In this document: in pieces, positions 31,455 to 45,049 of the stretch
How the letters are laid out: every line of letters starts with the position of its first letter
Numbering within the stretch: the first letter of the stretch is position 1
Assembly: GCA_002269645.1 (NCBI GenBank)
Contig: NIVC01002261.1
Span: forward strand, 1 to 45,391
Direction: 5' to 3'
Origin: Macrostomum lignano
Lineage: Eukaryota
DNA: 45,391 nt
The notes under the pieces: generated by a model
Databases searched by the model: none
Seen by the model: only the letters and a program-made list of their open reading frames with translations
Told to the model about the DNA's origin: nothing
Made by a program: the position numbers and the translations under genes

Positions 31455-32243
31455 TTAGGTCACTGCTGCTCACCGATTTAGTGCTGAGGTCACTGCTGCC
31501 CACTGGCTTAGTGCTGAGGTCACTGCTGCCCACTGATTTAGTGCTGAGGTCACTGCTGCCCACTGGCTTAGTGCTGAGGTCACTGCTGCCCACTGATTTA
31601 GTGCTGAGGTCACTGCTGCCCACTGGCTTAGTGCTGAGGTCACTGCTGCTCACTGATTTAGTGCTGAGGTCACTGCTGCTCACTGATTTAGTGCTGAGGT
31701 CACTGCTGCTCACTGACTTAGTGCTGAGGTCACTGCTGCTCACTGACTTAGTGCTGAGGTCACTGCTGCTCACTGGCTTAGTGCTGAGGTCACTGCTGCT
31801 CACTGATTTAGTGCTGAGGTCACTGCTGCTCACTGACTTAGTGCTGAGGTCACTGCTGCTCACTGACTTAGTGCTGAGGTCACTGCTGCCCACTGGCTTA
31901 GTGCTGAGGTCACTGCTGCTCACTGATTTAGTGCTGAGGTCACTGCTGCTCACTGATTTAGTGCTGAGGTCACTGCTGCCCACTGGCTTAGTGCTGAGGT
32001 CACTGCTGCTCACTGATTTAGTGCTGAGGTCACTGCTGCTCACCGATTTAGTGCTGAGGTCACTGCTGCCCACTGGCTTAGTGCTGAGGTCACTGCTGCT
32101 CACTGATTTAGTGCTGAGGTCACTGCTGCTCACCGATTTAGTGCTGAGGTCACTGCTGCTCACTGATTTAGTGCTGAGGTCACTGCTGCTCACTGACTTA
32201 GTGCTGAGGTCACTGCTGCTCACTGACTTAGTGCTGAGGTCAC
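31455..32243. repeat. 30-bp minisatellite, about 26 copies (intergenic)
   Basis: Unit gtcactgctgc(t/c)cactg(a/g)(t/c)ttagtgctgag. Confidence 0.98.
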
Positions 32244-35200
32244 GGCTGTTTAAGTGTCTCAGTGGACCTCTCCGAAACCTCCATGACCTCCATGATGTTT
32301 AGTTCTGCACACTACTGTCAGTAATGTATTGTGAGCATGTTTAGCGACTTTTAAATGCTGAAAAAAAACAAATGCAGCCATCAACTGTCAACGCAGCTCG
32401 CTGAGTCTTGGAGCAGGAAAAGCTTTTCACTCTGCAGGGGCGGCAGGGCAGCGGAAGCAGACAGGCGGCCTTGGAGACCGGGTGGGGGGGGCCTTTGTTC
32501 TGGCGCTGCTCCTTCGAGCGCTTTTTAAAATGAAATCTTTCAAATTAATTGGCAGCGCTGCTGCAACGGCGCCTGTCACGTCAACTTGGGCCTGTCAGCT
32601 GTCTGCCGCGATTTTTCTCTTGCAGTTTCTCTTCTAGGAGAAGCAATTATTGCGGCGGTCCTGATGGGTTTTTAATCTGTCTGGATTTTAATTTGAAATC
32701 CCTAAAGCAGCTCAGCAAAAAACTGAGCAACGAAGACAGCCCGGCAGTGAGCTGCCGCCCCCACCGAGCGCCTGTCTGAGCAGTGCGTGTCTCCAGTGCC
32801 GCGCATTCGCCTGGCTGCAGACTTGCCGGCGCGGCACCGGCAGCAGCACGCGCTGTTTTACAGCGTCAGGTGCCGCGCCTTCCACTCCGATTCTCCCATG
32901 GCTGCCGGCAATGAGGAGGAGGCGGGCGGCCGCTGAGCTGCCCTGAGGCCGCGCTGTCACCCCGCGGCGCACGCAAGGCGGCTCGCCGTGTCTCATCAGC
33001 TGCGCTTCTCGTTTCTGCTTCTGCGACTGCCGCCGCCGCCCCAACCCCGCCAGCTCAGACGCGGGTGCGGGCACCGCTGCATGGCAGACAGGGGGGGGGG
33101 AGGGGCGCAGTGTTGGAAGCTTGTCAATCGGCGCCACTTTCTCACCTGCGTCAATGCTGCTTATCACGGCTGGCTGCCGCCACCTCTCTCTCACTCACTG
33201 TGGTCACCAGGCGGGCTGTTGTATGCCCAGTTAAAAAGCCCCAACCCCCCCCCCCGCTAAAGCTGAATGAATGAGAGACCTTGCCACTAGACTGGCATTG
33301 CACTGCCTCCCCTCTCTGCACTCTACCCCCCCCCCCCCCCGACTCAAGCCAGGGCGATTTCTGGCGCGACTGGCGCCGTCTGTGACGGCGGCGGCGGCTT
33401 GGGGTGCCGCGCTGCTTTATGCTATGAGTGAGACGGCTGTGAGAAGTGACAGAGGACACGCGGAGTTTTCCATGTCCGCCACCGTGTTAACCCCCTCCCT
33501 TCTCCCCTCCCCCTAATTCTCGCCCATTGCCAGTCCGCACCAACGGCTTCTGTGTGAGACTGCCGGGACCGACGCTGCCGCCGCTCAGACAGCGCCGGCG
33601 CCGGCACCCGCCCTCCTGTCCGACCGCTCTCTCCGTATCTCCTGCGACATGCTGGAGCGCTGCAGTTGGCCTCCTATCACTGAGCCCTCCCGTGCTCGAG
33701 TAAGGCTTCAAGTGTGAATTGATTCGGATAGCGCTGCACTGGCGTTTACCTGTTGACACCTGCGTTCAAACTAAATAATGGGGTGGGCAGGGGTCGCGGC
33801 CAGTTTTTGTTGTTATCAGGTGTTTGACAAGAGATTGCGCAACCCGAATTACAGGTGCTAATTCTGATATGCATGGGGCTTGACTTGTGTTAACACATGC
33901 GAGCACTGAGAGAGCAGGGCCTGCATGGTTCAACAAGTAGCTCAGAGATCATGCGGCCCCGGCTCTCCGCGAGCACGGTGCAATTCAAGCGAGTCGGTCT
34001 CGGCGCCGGGGGTTGCCGAGTTGTTAGCGCAATCATTATCAGATTAGCCTGTTGTCGGGTCGGGCGGCATTTATCGCCCCGCGGAGGATCAACAATGCGA
34101 CCCTGCTGAGCTCCCACCTGAGCAGTTTATGCCTGCCTGGATCAGTGGTGCAATCTTGTCTCCACGGCTTTTGAGTCTGCCAGGCCGTGCCTACCATAAA
34201 ACCGCGGCTTACTGCTTTGGAATCCCCAATCCTTACTTTTTGGGCGGATCTCTGACAGCCAATCTGAGCAACTGAGCCCTCCTGCTCCATTTGAGTAATA
34301 TCGGGGCAGTAAAAGGCTGCAGGGTGGCGATTGCCCTTCCAAGCAAAGTCTTTTTAAACCTGCTGGTTTTCAGGCGTCTTCTTTGTGTGCGATTTCTGCC
34401 CCCCGGTTATTCTTGCTGGCCACGTGTTCAAACAGAGGGGATTGAGAAAATAGACCGAGCAAATTTCTCTGTTTAAATGCCTGCAGTTGAAATTGGAGCT
34501 CAGAGTCGCAGCGATAAGATCTCTGGCAGGTTTACTGCAGCAATTTTGTTATTATAGATATTGTCAGCGAGCTGGCCATTACACCTTGCCATGCCATCGT
34601 GAGTGCTGTGGATGAATGAGGCTCGGAGGCTGGGAGGGGGCGAGTCGGCGCCAGGTCGCGCCGGGCCGCCAGAGCGAGGCTGCCACAGAAGGCAGGCGGG
34701 GGCCCCTCAATCATCGCCCTGGCCCGGTGCCGCAGTGTCTGACAAGCTGTAAAACACGCGGGTTTACACGTTCGATTCAGTGCGGTCTGCGGCCCCTCCT
34801 TCATCAACAAAACGGCCGCGAGCCCTCCCCCCCCGCCGCTCCTGCGGCACTGTGGGACCGGGCGGGCCGGTGCAGCCTGCTCTGCCGCCAAAATTTCTTT
34901 TGTGCGACCCGGCCGCGCGACTGTCTGGCCGCAGGGGTCAAATTTGAGCTGCTTTGCTTTGCCAGTCTTTGAGACTGAGGCGCCTGACAAGTGCTCTTGT
35001 CGGACTCAAGTGGATAAGAATAGAAGAAGAATTGTAGTCTCAGCCGTGAGAGAGACAGAGGGGAGGGGAGACAAGCGCTATGATGTTGGCATTACACTGA
35101 CACTTTTATGATCTGGTAGCTGTGAGCAGCTCAAAGCAGTGGCCTGCACCGCTGCCTGCTCCGTGTGGCCTGCACCCCCCCCCCAATGCCCCTCTTGTCT

Positions 35201-35503
35201 TGGCAGCCAAATTGGCGCCTTTCGGGTGAGACGGTGAGGTGAGCTGGAGGGGGTGGTGGGTCCTGACTTGAGTAGGGCTCGCTCTGAGCAGAGCAGCAGC
35301 AGCAGCGGTAGGCGGACCAATGAGGGCGCCCGGCCCAGCCCAGCCAATCCGGCTGCAGCTCGGGGGTGGCGGGCCCAGCTGAGCGGCCAGATTGGAGCGG
35401 CAGGCCGGGCCCGGAGACACAAATATGAGGCGCCTCCCAGATAATTCGGGCCGAGTCAAGCATCCAAACAATTGTCAAGTTCGGCCCCGCCCAGCAAAGC
35501 CAA

Positions 35504-38500
35504 ATGTTCGACGCCCCCCATTTCCCTTCGGCTAGCAGCACCCGGCCGCTCTGGAGCTCCCGCTTCCCGCTGCCCGCGCCCTTCGGCTTCCCCGGCGGCA
35601 GCGGCGGCGGCGGCGGCGGCGGCTGGCTGGGTAGGGGGCTGCCGGCGGACCCGCTGCTGCAGGCCTACCAGCACATGGGCGGCCAGTTTCCGCTGCCGCC
35701 CAGCGTCACTCCGCAGTACCTGCAGCAGATCCGGGACGAGGAGAAGGCCACGAGGAAAAAAGACAACCCGGAGGTGGAGCTGGCGGAGCTACCGCTGTGG
35801 AGACAGTTCTACGAGCTGGGCACCGAGATGGTCATCACCAAGTCCGGCAGGTGAGGCCTGTGGGGATGTCGTGGATATTGTCAGGTTTGTGTGAAGTGGC
35901 TATTGAGGCTGGCCCTAATAGGGGGAATTTATTGAGTCCGAGTCAGCATACATTGAGCCATGAGTCTGATACTACGAGCGTATATAGCATAGACCCTCTA
36001 GATCTGAGAGAATAAACTATAGACCCTCTAGATCTGATAGACTAAACTATAGACCCTCTAGATCTGAGAGAATAAACTATAGACCCTCTAGATCTAAGAG
36101 AATACACTATAGACCCTCTAGATCTGAGAGACTAAACTATAGACCCTCTAGATCTGAGAGAATAAACTATAGACCCTCTAGATCTGAGAGACTAAACTAT
36201 AGACCCTCTAGATCTGAGAGACTAAACTATAGACCCTCTAGATCTAAGAGAATACACTATAGACCCTCTAGATCTAAGAGAATACACTATAGACCCTCTA
36301 GATCTGAGAGAATAAACTATAGACCCTCTAGATCTGAGAGAATAAACTATAGACCCTCTAGATCTGAGAGAATAAACTATAGACCCTCTAGATCTGAGAA
36401 AATAAACTATAGACCCTCTAGATCTAAGAGACTAAACTATAGACCCTCTAGATCTGAGAGACTAAACTATAGACCCTCTAGATCTGAGAGACTAAACTAT
36501 AGACCCTCTAGATCTGAGAGACTAAACTATAGACCCTCTAGATCTGAGAGAATAAACTATAGACCCTCTAGATCTAAGAGACTAAACTATAGACCCTCTA
36601 GATCTGAGAGACTAAACTATAGACCCTCTAGATCTGAGAGACTAAACTATAGACCCTCTAGATCTGAGAGAATAAACTATAGACCCTCTAGATCTGAGAG
36701 AATAAACTATAGACCCTCTAGATCTGAGAGACTAAACTATAGACCCTCTAGATCTGAGAGACTAAACTATAGACCCTCTAGATCTGAGAGACTAAACTAT
36801 AGACCCTCTAGATCTGAGAGACTAAACTATAGACCCTCTAGATCTGAGAGACTAAACTATAGACCCTCTAGATCTGAGAGACTAAACTATACACCCTCTA
36901 GATCTAAGAGAATAAACTATAGACCCTCTAGATCTGAGAGACTAAACTATAGACCCTCTAGATCTGAGAGACTAAACTATAGACCCTCTAGATCTGAGAG
37001 ACTAAACTATAGACCCTCTAGATCTGAGAGAATACACTATAGACCCTCTAGATCTAAGAGAATACACTATAGACCCTCTAGATCTGAGAGACTAAACTAT
37101 AGACCCTCTAGATCTGAGAGACTAAACTATAGACCCTCTAGATCTGAGAGACTAAACTATAGACCCTCTAGATCTGAGAGACTAAACTATAGACCCTCTA
37201 GATCTGAGAGACTAAACTATAGACCCTCTAGATCTGAGAGACTAAACTATAGACCCTCTAGATCTGAGAGACTAAACTATAGACCCTCTAGATCTGAGAG
37301 ACTAAACTATAGACCCTCTAGATCTGAGAGACTAAACTATAGACCCTCTAGATCTGAGAGACTAAACTATAGACCCTCTAGATCTGAGAGACTAAACTAT
37401 ACACCCTCTAGATCTGAGAGACTAAACTATAGACCCTCTAGATCTGAGAGACTAAACTATAGACCCTCTAGATCTGAGAGACTAAACTATAGACCCTCTA
37501 GATCTGAGAGACTAAACTATAGACCCTCTAGATCTGAGAGACTAAACTATAGACCCTCTAGATCTGAGAGACTAAACTATAGACCCTCTAGATCTGAGAG
37601 ACTAAACTATAGACCCTCTAGATCTGAGAGACTAAACTATAGACCCTCTAGATCTGAGAGGCTTAAACTGCAAGATGATCAGTAGGGCTCAATCTGAGTT
37701 GGGACTAAGTCAAAGTTTCTCTTCAAGTCTCAATCAATGGTTGCTAGGAGAATCAATGGTTGCTAGGAGCATTCAATGGGCTCCCATACAGTTCGTGTGG
37801 GGCGCTTCCGTCGGCTCGAATCCCCTCCATGGAGCGCAAAACAAAGAAGATTTTCTGAAAATCAGAAAAAAATCATCAAGAGTCAGAAGCGGCTTCTAGC
37901 TCGATGTTTTACAGTTTCCAAAGCCGCTGGAGTCCTCTTCAGCGGCAGGATTGCTCAGAATTGTCTCACAGACTTCTCAGGCCACTCACCCGGATACCCG
38001 GATTGTTCTGCCGCCTAAATCTCAAGATCTATGGGGGAAATAAATCCCGAAGATTGACTCAGCGCCCGGCAACTGCAGCCCCCCCCCACCGGCCCGCCTG
38101 TCATTTTCCCCTTACGTCCGACTTTTTTCGCTCAAAAAATCCCACCCGGAGCAATCGAGGAGCTCACCGGGCCGCAACAATGCGGGACTGGGAGGACGGG
38201 GACGCGGGCACAAGTGGGAGTTCGATCCCCGCGGACGGCAGGCAGAAGGCAAACATGGGCGCGGACAAAGCGGGGAGAAAATGGGAGCCGCCGCCGCCGC
38301 CGCAGCCGCCTCGGCCGCAGCCTCCGTCGGGGCAGCGCAACTTCATCCTCATTTCGATTTGGGTTTTTAAACCAACAGCCGGATTTGGAGTGTTTGCCAT
38401 GCGAGATAAATGGGGAGCCGTGGCCATTCAGGCCCCACCCAGATCCAGTCTTATCTATGCTCGCAAATCTCCCCCCCCCACCGAGTAGAGGCCCATTGTG

Positions 38501-41500
38501 CAACCCAATGCAGCTCGCAGGGTTGCCTATTGAAGATTTTCTACACTGATAACTCATTGAGTTGCGGTGCACCTTTGGCCTTCGCCCATTGCCTCATTTT
38601 TATCCCCCATCTTATCTTGCTGCCAGCTTCTAGCATATTGTCACTGCATCTCTAGGCTCACCTGTGCCCATCTCATCTCCGACATCACATTGAATCTTAC
38701 CTCTATGGATCTCACCTCTATGGATCTCACCTTTTTGGATCTAACCTCCATAAATCTCACCTCTATGAACCTCACCTCTATGAATCTCACCTCTATGAAT
38801 CTCACCTCTATGAAACTCACCTTTCTGAATCTCACATCCAGGAATCCCACCTCTATGAATCTCACCTCTATGAAACTCACCTTTCTGAATCTCACATCCA
38901 GGAATCCCACCTCTATGAATCCCACCTCTATGAATCTCACCTTTCTGAATCTCACATCCAGGAATCTCACCTCTTTGAATCTCACCTCTTTGAAAAGCTC
39001 ACCTCTGAAAATCTCACATTTATGAATCTCACATCTAGGAATCTCACCTCTATGAATCTCAACTCTCTGAAAATCTCACATTTATGAATCTCAAATCTAG
39101 GAATCTCACCTCTATGAATCTCACCTTTCTGAATCTCACCTCTATGAATCTCACCTATGTGAACCTCACCTTTCTGAATCTCACCTCTATGAATCTCACC
39201 TATGTGAACTTCATCTTTCTGAATCTCACCTCTATGAATCTCACCTATGTGAACCTCACCTTTCTGAATCTCACCTCTATGAATCTCACCTATGTGAACC
39301 TCACCTTTCTGAATCTCACCTCTATGAATCTCACCTATGTGAACCTCACCTTTCTGAATCTCACCTCTATAATCTCACCTATGTGAACTTCATCTTTCTG
39401 AATCTCACCTCTATGAATCTCACCTATGTGAATCTCACCTCTATGAATCTCACCTATGTGAATCTCACCTCTATGAATCTCACCTCCATGAATCTCACCT
39501 ATGTGAACCTCACCTCTGAAAATCTCACATTTATGAATCTCAAATCTAGGAATCTCACCTCTATGAATCTCACCTTTCTGAATCTCACCTCTATGAATCT
39601 CACCTTTCTGAATCTCACCTCTATGAATCTCACCTCTATAATCTCACCTATGTGAACCTCACCTTTCTGAATCTCACCTTTTTGATGCCATGCGGGTAGG
39701 CAGTTAAAAGTGACGATCAGTCAATCGCAGGCCTGCACTGGTCAGTTCGCCAAACCCCAGTTGCACATATTCGAGACAAGAATCGCCACCACCCCGCCAG
39801 GAGAATGTTCCCCGCCTTCAAGCTGCGGGTGAGCGGCCTGGACCCCAAGTCCAAGTACATCCTGCTCATGGACGTGGTCCCCTGCGACGAGAACCGCTAC
39901 AAATTCCACTCGGGCAAGTGGACAGTGGCCGGCAAGGCAGATCCGGAGCCGGCCAAGCGAATGTACATCCACCCGGACAGTCCGGCCGCGGGCGAACAGT
40001 GGATGAGCAAAGTCATCTCCTTCCACAAGCTGAAGCTGACCAACAACATTGCGGACAAACACGGCTACGTGAGTGGCGAGGGATCACTCAGGGATCGGGG
40101 TATCAACTCAGGGGATCAGGGGATCAACTCAGGGATCGGGGTATCAACTCAGGGGATCAGGGGATCAACTCAGGGGATCAGGGGATCAACTCAGGGATCG
40201 AGGGATCAAATCAGGGATCAGGGATCGAATCAGGAATCAGGGGATTATACTAGAGCTCAGGGGATCAAATCAGGAATCAGGGGATCAAATCAGGAATCAG
40301 GGGATTATACTAGAGCTCAGGGGATCAAATCAGGGATCAGGGGATCAAATCAGGAATCAGGGGATTATACCAGAGCTCAGGGGATCAAATCAGGGATCGA
40401 GGGATCAAATCAGGGATCAGGGGATCAAATCAGGGATCAGGGGATCAAATCAGGAATCAGGGGATTATACTAGAGCTCAGGGGATCGAACAGAAGACTGA
40501 TTCAAAGATCATCCGTCGAGATTAGCGAGATTTTCAAGCGTCCCCACCCGCTTTCAGACGGTGCTCAACAGCATGCACAAGTACCGGACCCGGTTCCACC
40601 TGGTGCGAGCTGACGACCTGGCCAAGCTGCCCTGGTGCCAGGTGGAGACGCACCAGTTCAAGGAGACCGAGTTCATCGCCGTCACCGCCTACCAGAATGA
40701 AAAGGTGAGTTGCGCGTGTTGTCCGGATCCCAGATCCCAGATCCCAGATCTCGGGTCCCAAAATCCCAAAGCCCAGGTCCCTCAGAGGAAGGGTTTCATA
40801 GTTGCCTGAGCAACTAACAAAGTGTTATTCTTTCAAGCAAGCCTTGTTAACTTTAGTATTTGGCCTTGCAAATATCCCCATTATGGGAGAAAAAGCGCGG
40901 GGCGCTCAGGCCAGCGAGCGAATTTCGTGACACTCGGCAATATCTCTCAAAACTCCCCCCCAGCCACTCTGCGTCAAATTTTAATGAGGCGCTGAGCTGC
41001 GAGCTCGAAGGCAGAGCCAAGGAGAGCCAGACACAGAATCTGGAGTCACAGCTGTTCCCCAATCCCGACAACTGACTACAGACTTCAGTAACTCATTACT
41101 CGTATACTGGCAAGTCATCTATACGTCTATAAGGGATCCATAAGTGATCTATAAGGGATCTATCAGTGTATGAACGGCAAGACAATGTGCAATCAATGTG
41201 GGTTTGAGGAAGAGCTGTGACTGCAGGCTACAGTCCTGGCTCTCCATGGCGAAGCTGTCGCCCCCTCGTTAGCGCCAGGGAGGGCCCGGCAGAGCCGGAT
41301 GCTTTTTTCAACAGAATTTTTTACCTTAGTTTCGAAGAGGATGCTGCCTCATCACTTCGAGCTAAACAGGTGTCTGCGCTGGGATGGCCGGGCCAGGGGA
41401 TGCTGAGCTCCCTCCGTGTCACCTCCGCGCCTCCCCCGCCCCGCTTTTTGGCAGATCACACAGCTGAAGATCGACAACAACCCGTTCGCCAAGGGCTTCC

Positions 41501-42262
41501 GGGACACCGGCTCGGGCCGCAGGGACAACAAGAAGTGAGCCGGGGGGCCTCGCCCCTGTTGCAGTGCTGGCTGCAGGGAGCGGAGCAGAAGTGGCGGAGA
41601 GAGCGAGAGACGGAGGGGGGTGGAGAAGCAAGCAGGGGGCTTCGCGTGCGACATGGCATTTGTAAATTTTTTGATTGACACTTGGGGGCGACTGCCCTAA
41701 TTTGGCGCCTCCCGGTTACCAACAGATCGGGGCGGAGGAGCCGAGACGGAGTGGAGACAGAGGGAAAAGTGGAGTTGGGGAGGGGCAGGGCGGCCGCCCT
41801 CGGGGCCCCGCAGTCAATGCGGGCGGATCGCGTGAGCGTCTCGCCAGGAGCTCCGGGGCGACGCCGGGCCGCGGCGCTGGAGGAGGAGGCGGCGATTTCG
41901 CACGTTGCCGCGGCCGGACGGGCAGGCGAGGCGGGCAGGCGCCACCGCAGTTGCAAACATTTTCCACGGGCCTGAGCACAATGGGCGGCCGGTAATTGAG
42001 CTGGCGTGCGGCCTGCCGCCAGCGGACAACAATAGCCCGGCTGCGTGCGGATTATAGGGCTTTGGGCTGAGTTGATGAGGCGAGGAGGCTGGGGGGCTTG
42101 GCGTGTTTGTACAGCCCGGGCTCGAATCCCGCAGGAGCCGGCAGCAGCAGAGCGGACAGTCGGGCGGCCAGAGCGACAGCGAGGACTCGGACGACTCGAG
42201 CTCGCTACTGGCCGAGGCCAAGGAGGCTGGGCTGCGCGAGCGCCATCAGCTGGCCATGGCAG
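35504..42262 (+). CDS. TBX2/3: T-box transcription factor, TBX2/3 (optomotor-blind) class; 3' end beyond 42262 uncertain
   Basis: Exons 35504-35850, 39801-40068, 40558-40704, 41455-41534, 41726-41831 and 42115-42262 are phase-consistent (2,0,0,2,0,1). Protein: [121 protein letters not shown]...[34 protein letters not shown]. Probable further exons about 42872-43048 (poly-Ala) and about 43155-43260. Confidence 0.93.
35986..37660. repeat. 30-bp minisatellite, about 56 copies, T-box intron 1
   Basis: Unit ctatagaccctctagatct(g/a)agaga(c/a)ta(a/c)a. Confidence 0.98.
38690..39680. repeat. Degenerate 15-bp minisatellite, T-box intron 1
   Basis: Unit gaatctcacctctat with variants (ctttct, ctatgt, atctag). 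Confidence 0.95.
40080..40490. repeat. gggatca-based 7/14-bp and higher-order repeat filling T-box intron 2
   Basis: gggatcaactca and gggatcaaatca units, with a recurring ggggattatactagagctca block. Confidence 0.93.
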
Positions 42263-43889
42263 GTGAGTGTCGCATTGAGCAGTTTTCTTTTTCTGTTTTG
42301 TTTGCTTCAACGCACGAGAGGTCTGGGGAGAAATCCCTGCAGGCCTGTGGCGGGATCTGGATCGCAATTAGCTCTCGGGCGGCCAAAGGACGCGGCGCTG
42401 TTGTAGCGAAAGAAGACGCAGCAGCAATTTTGAGCAATTGGGATTTGAGCTCACCTCTTGCCTGAAGCGGAACCCCACCGGCCCCGCCAGTGAAAAGCGG
42501 AGCAACTTTCAGTAGGCGGCATCGCCTTAATTGGGCCCAGAACGGTACAGCCTGCCTTGGCTTTGCCGTCCGCCTCAAGCCCAGGCCTGCCTTTGAGCTC
42601 CCTCGGCCCGCATCCGCACTCCACAGTCCGGGGCGTCATCATTAAAACTCTGCGGGTCACGGAGCTTCCCGGCCTCAAAACCCCGGCCCGGGGTCCTTCA
42701 GCCACTTCGGGCCGGGCGGAGGCGCTGATGGAGATCGGCCCCACCCCATCGCCGCTTCCCACTTCGCTGCCCATCGGGCGTGGAGCCGCTTGGATCTGCG
42801 GAGCCGCCGCCTTCCGCTTTGACCCGCCCTCGCCGCCCCCCGGTCTGCAGTCAGCTTCTTCCTGACTCCAGCCTCAGTCCCGGCGCAGCGCAAAGGCCCG
42901 GAGACTGCGGGGCAGCTGCGTTGCGTGACTTCGAGCTTGGCGGCGGCGGCGGCGGCGGCGGCTGCGGCCCGAGCGCGAGAGTCTCCGAGCAGCTCTTGCG
43001 GACTCTTCCAGGCGGAAATCTCCACCTTCGGCCCGCGAAGCCTGGCAGGTCGATCAGTGAGAGGGGAGTGGGGAGAGGGGATTGGGGAGAGGGGAGTGGG
43101 AGAGGGGAGTGGGTAATGGGGAGTGGGCACCGCCCGTGCAAAAACCCTCACCAGCTCCAGAATCAAGCGGAGACGACTTGAAGTGGCCCCTGGCCCCGCG
43201 GAGCCGCAAGAGCCGAGCTTGAAAATCTGTCGCTAAGGCCGCCGTCGCTGCCGTGTAAAACAACAAAGAAGATGCCCGGCTGGCCGAGACGCGCAAGATG
43301 TTACAGATGCAGATGGGAGGGGCACAGGGCGACAGCGGTTGGTGCTGAAGCCATCAAGGCTTGAAAAGACAGAGAGAGCTGGCCGGCCATGCGAGGTGGG
43401 GGGGGGCAGATCTGCAGGGCGGCGGGCTGCGGTTGGCACCTTCCAGGCGCCGCGGCAACAATGGCCCTCAGCAGGGTGGGGGCGGTGGCTGCCCCACCTG
43501 AGCTGCGTGGGATCTGCGGTGGCAACCCCAGTCTCACCCTCCGCTGCTGGCCGCTGCCGCCGCTGCCGCCGCTGCTGTCAGAGCTGGCGCCAAGCGGCCT
43601 GGGCTGGGGTGCGGGAGCGCCGGGCCCGACTTGGGGGGGGGGGGCAGAGAGAGGAGACACAGACAGCGAGACAGACAGCTGTGGGTGGCTCCTTCAGCTT
43701 GGGCCGCCCCCCCCGCACGGCTTCCGTCGGGCTTTTTTGAGCAGCAGCGCGGAGGGGGGTTGGGGCGGCCTGTGTTTGGCCTTTTCAAGTCGCTGCTGCC
43801 ACTTTGTCCAGCGGGTTTAGTGGGGGGGGGGCGCGAAAGAGGCGACGCACTGGCTGGGAGGCCAGATACGGATCTCTGACCCCCGCCGC

Positions 43890-43895
43890 AATAAA
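43890..43895 (+). promoter_or_regulatory. Candidate polyadenylation signal of the T-box gene
   Basis: AATAAA downstream of the probable last exons. Confidence 0.35.
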
Positions 43896-45049
43896 GGCTT
43901 CCTGCTTGGCTTCAAAGCAATGCCTTGTCTGCCTGCTCTGCCCGCACTGAGGCAGCCGGGCTCAAGCTAGGGGGGGGGGGGCGAGTTGCAGCTATCAGAG
44001 GGGAAAGTTGGCGGCAGCAGCGGCGGCACTGTGCATTGTTCGCTCAATTAGAGCTCCAGAAAAAGAGAGCACCAGCGTCTTTGGCAGTCCGCAGCTTCCT
44101 GGACTGTCTGCCGCCTCCCCTCATCTTTCGCTCTCTCTTTCTCGCCTCATCAGCGAAGGAATTAATTCCCAATAATTAACCGGGAGCCGGGCCCGGGCGC
44201 CGACCCGGCCTGTCTGCTGCAACAATTGAAAGTTATTTTTGCTCAAGTGAAAAAATCAGTTTCAACAATGCCCGCTCATTTCTAAGGCTGCTTGATGAAA
44301 GTCGGCAGGCAGCTGAGAGTTGCAGTGGCGGCGGGTCACGGCTCGGTGGCGGGAGAGGCTGCTGCTGGTAGCGAGTGCAGGCAGGCACTGAATTCGCCTC
44401 TCCCGGCTGGTCCCGCGTCTTCTCCCGCCAGCCCCGCCTCCCGCAGTCAAGCCCGACTGAGCTCAGCAAATTTCCTGAAACCAATTCTTGAAAAAAAGCG
44501 GAGCAGCAGCAAATCAGTTGAGCGGGGAGCGCCTGAGCTCGGGCGGGCAAGCGGAACCGCTGCAGCCCGCCGGGAAGACGGCGCCGGGGCAGCTCGCGAG
44601 ATGAAGGAGCGGCTCCGACGGAGTGTCGGGAGGCTGGGAGCCGCCTGGGTAGAGGCAGAAAAAAGCTGACCCTCGAATCCGTCCCCGGCGGCTTCGGGAA
44701 GCTCCGCAAAAGTGATTCTTCGCTCCCAGCCCCTCCCGCGCGGAGCTCCCGCCGCCTTTGTGCGGGACCGCCGGCGGAACGGCCGCTAAAATAATCTGCT
44801 TTTTTCTCCGGCTTTCTCCCGGGCAAAAATTCCGCTAAATCTGGGCGGCAGCTTTTTTCTTCTTGAGCTGGAGAGTCGATGAATGGGAGAATAATTGTCT
44901 TCTGTGGAAGACAGAAAGTGAGACTGCAGGGATCGGTGAGCGCGGAGACATCCTGCTGGCAGGTTTCTCTTTCCACTCCCATTCAGGCATTCTTGTTTTT
45001 TTTCTAGGGAAGCCCGAAAGCACTGTGGAGTTAAAATCGCTATATTCGT

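Noticed and set aside
31396-32302. ORFs (SSDLSTKSVS)n and (LLTDLVLRSL)n
   Set aside because: A 30-bp satellite without stops in some frames; no start context, signal peptide or splice support.
32549-35444. Many 60-160 aa GC-rich ORFs, also at 43233-45063
   Set aside because: They overlap in several frames on both strands, are low-complexity, and show no domains or consistent splice pairs. This is expected by chance at high GC.
38567-40525. ORFs (NLTSM)n, (EVRF)n and the GIKSGIRG tail on the T-box ORF
   Set aside because: Intronic 15-bp and 7/14-bp repeats. The T-box domain continues correctly only when spliced at 40068/40558.
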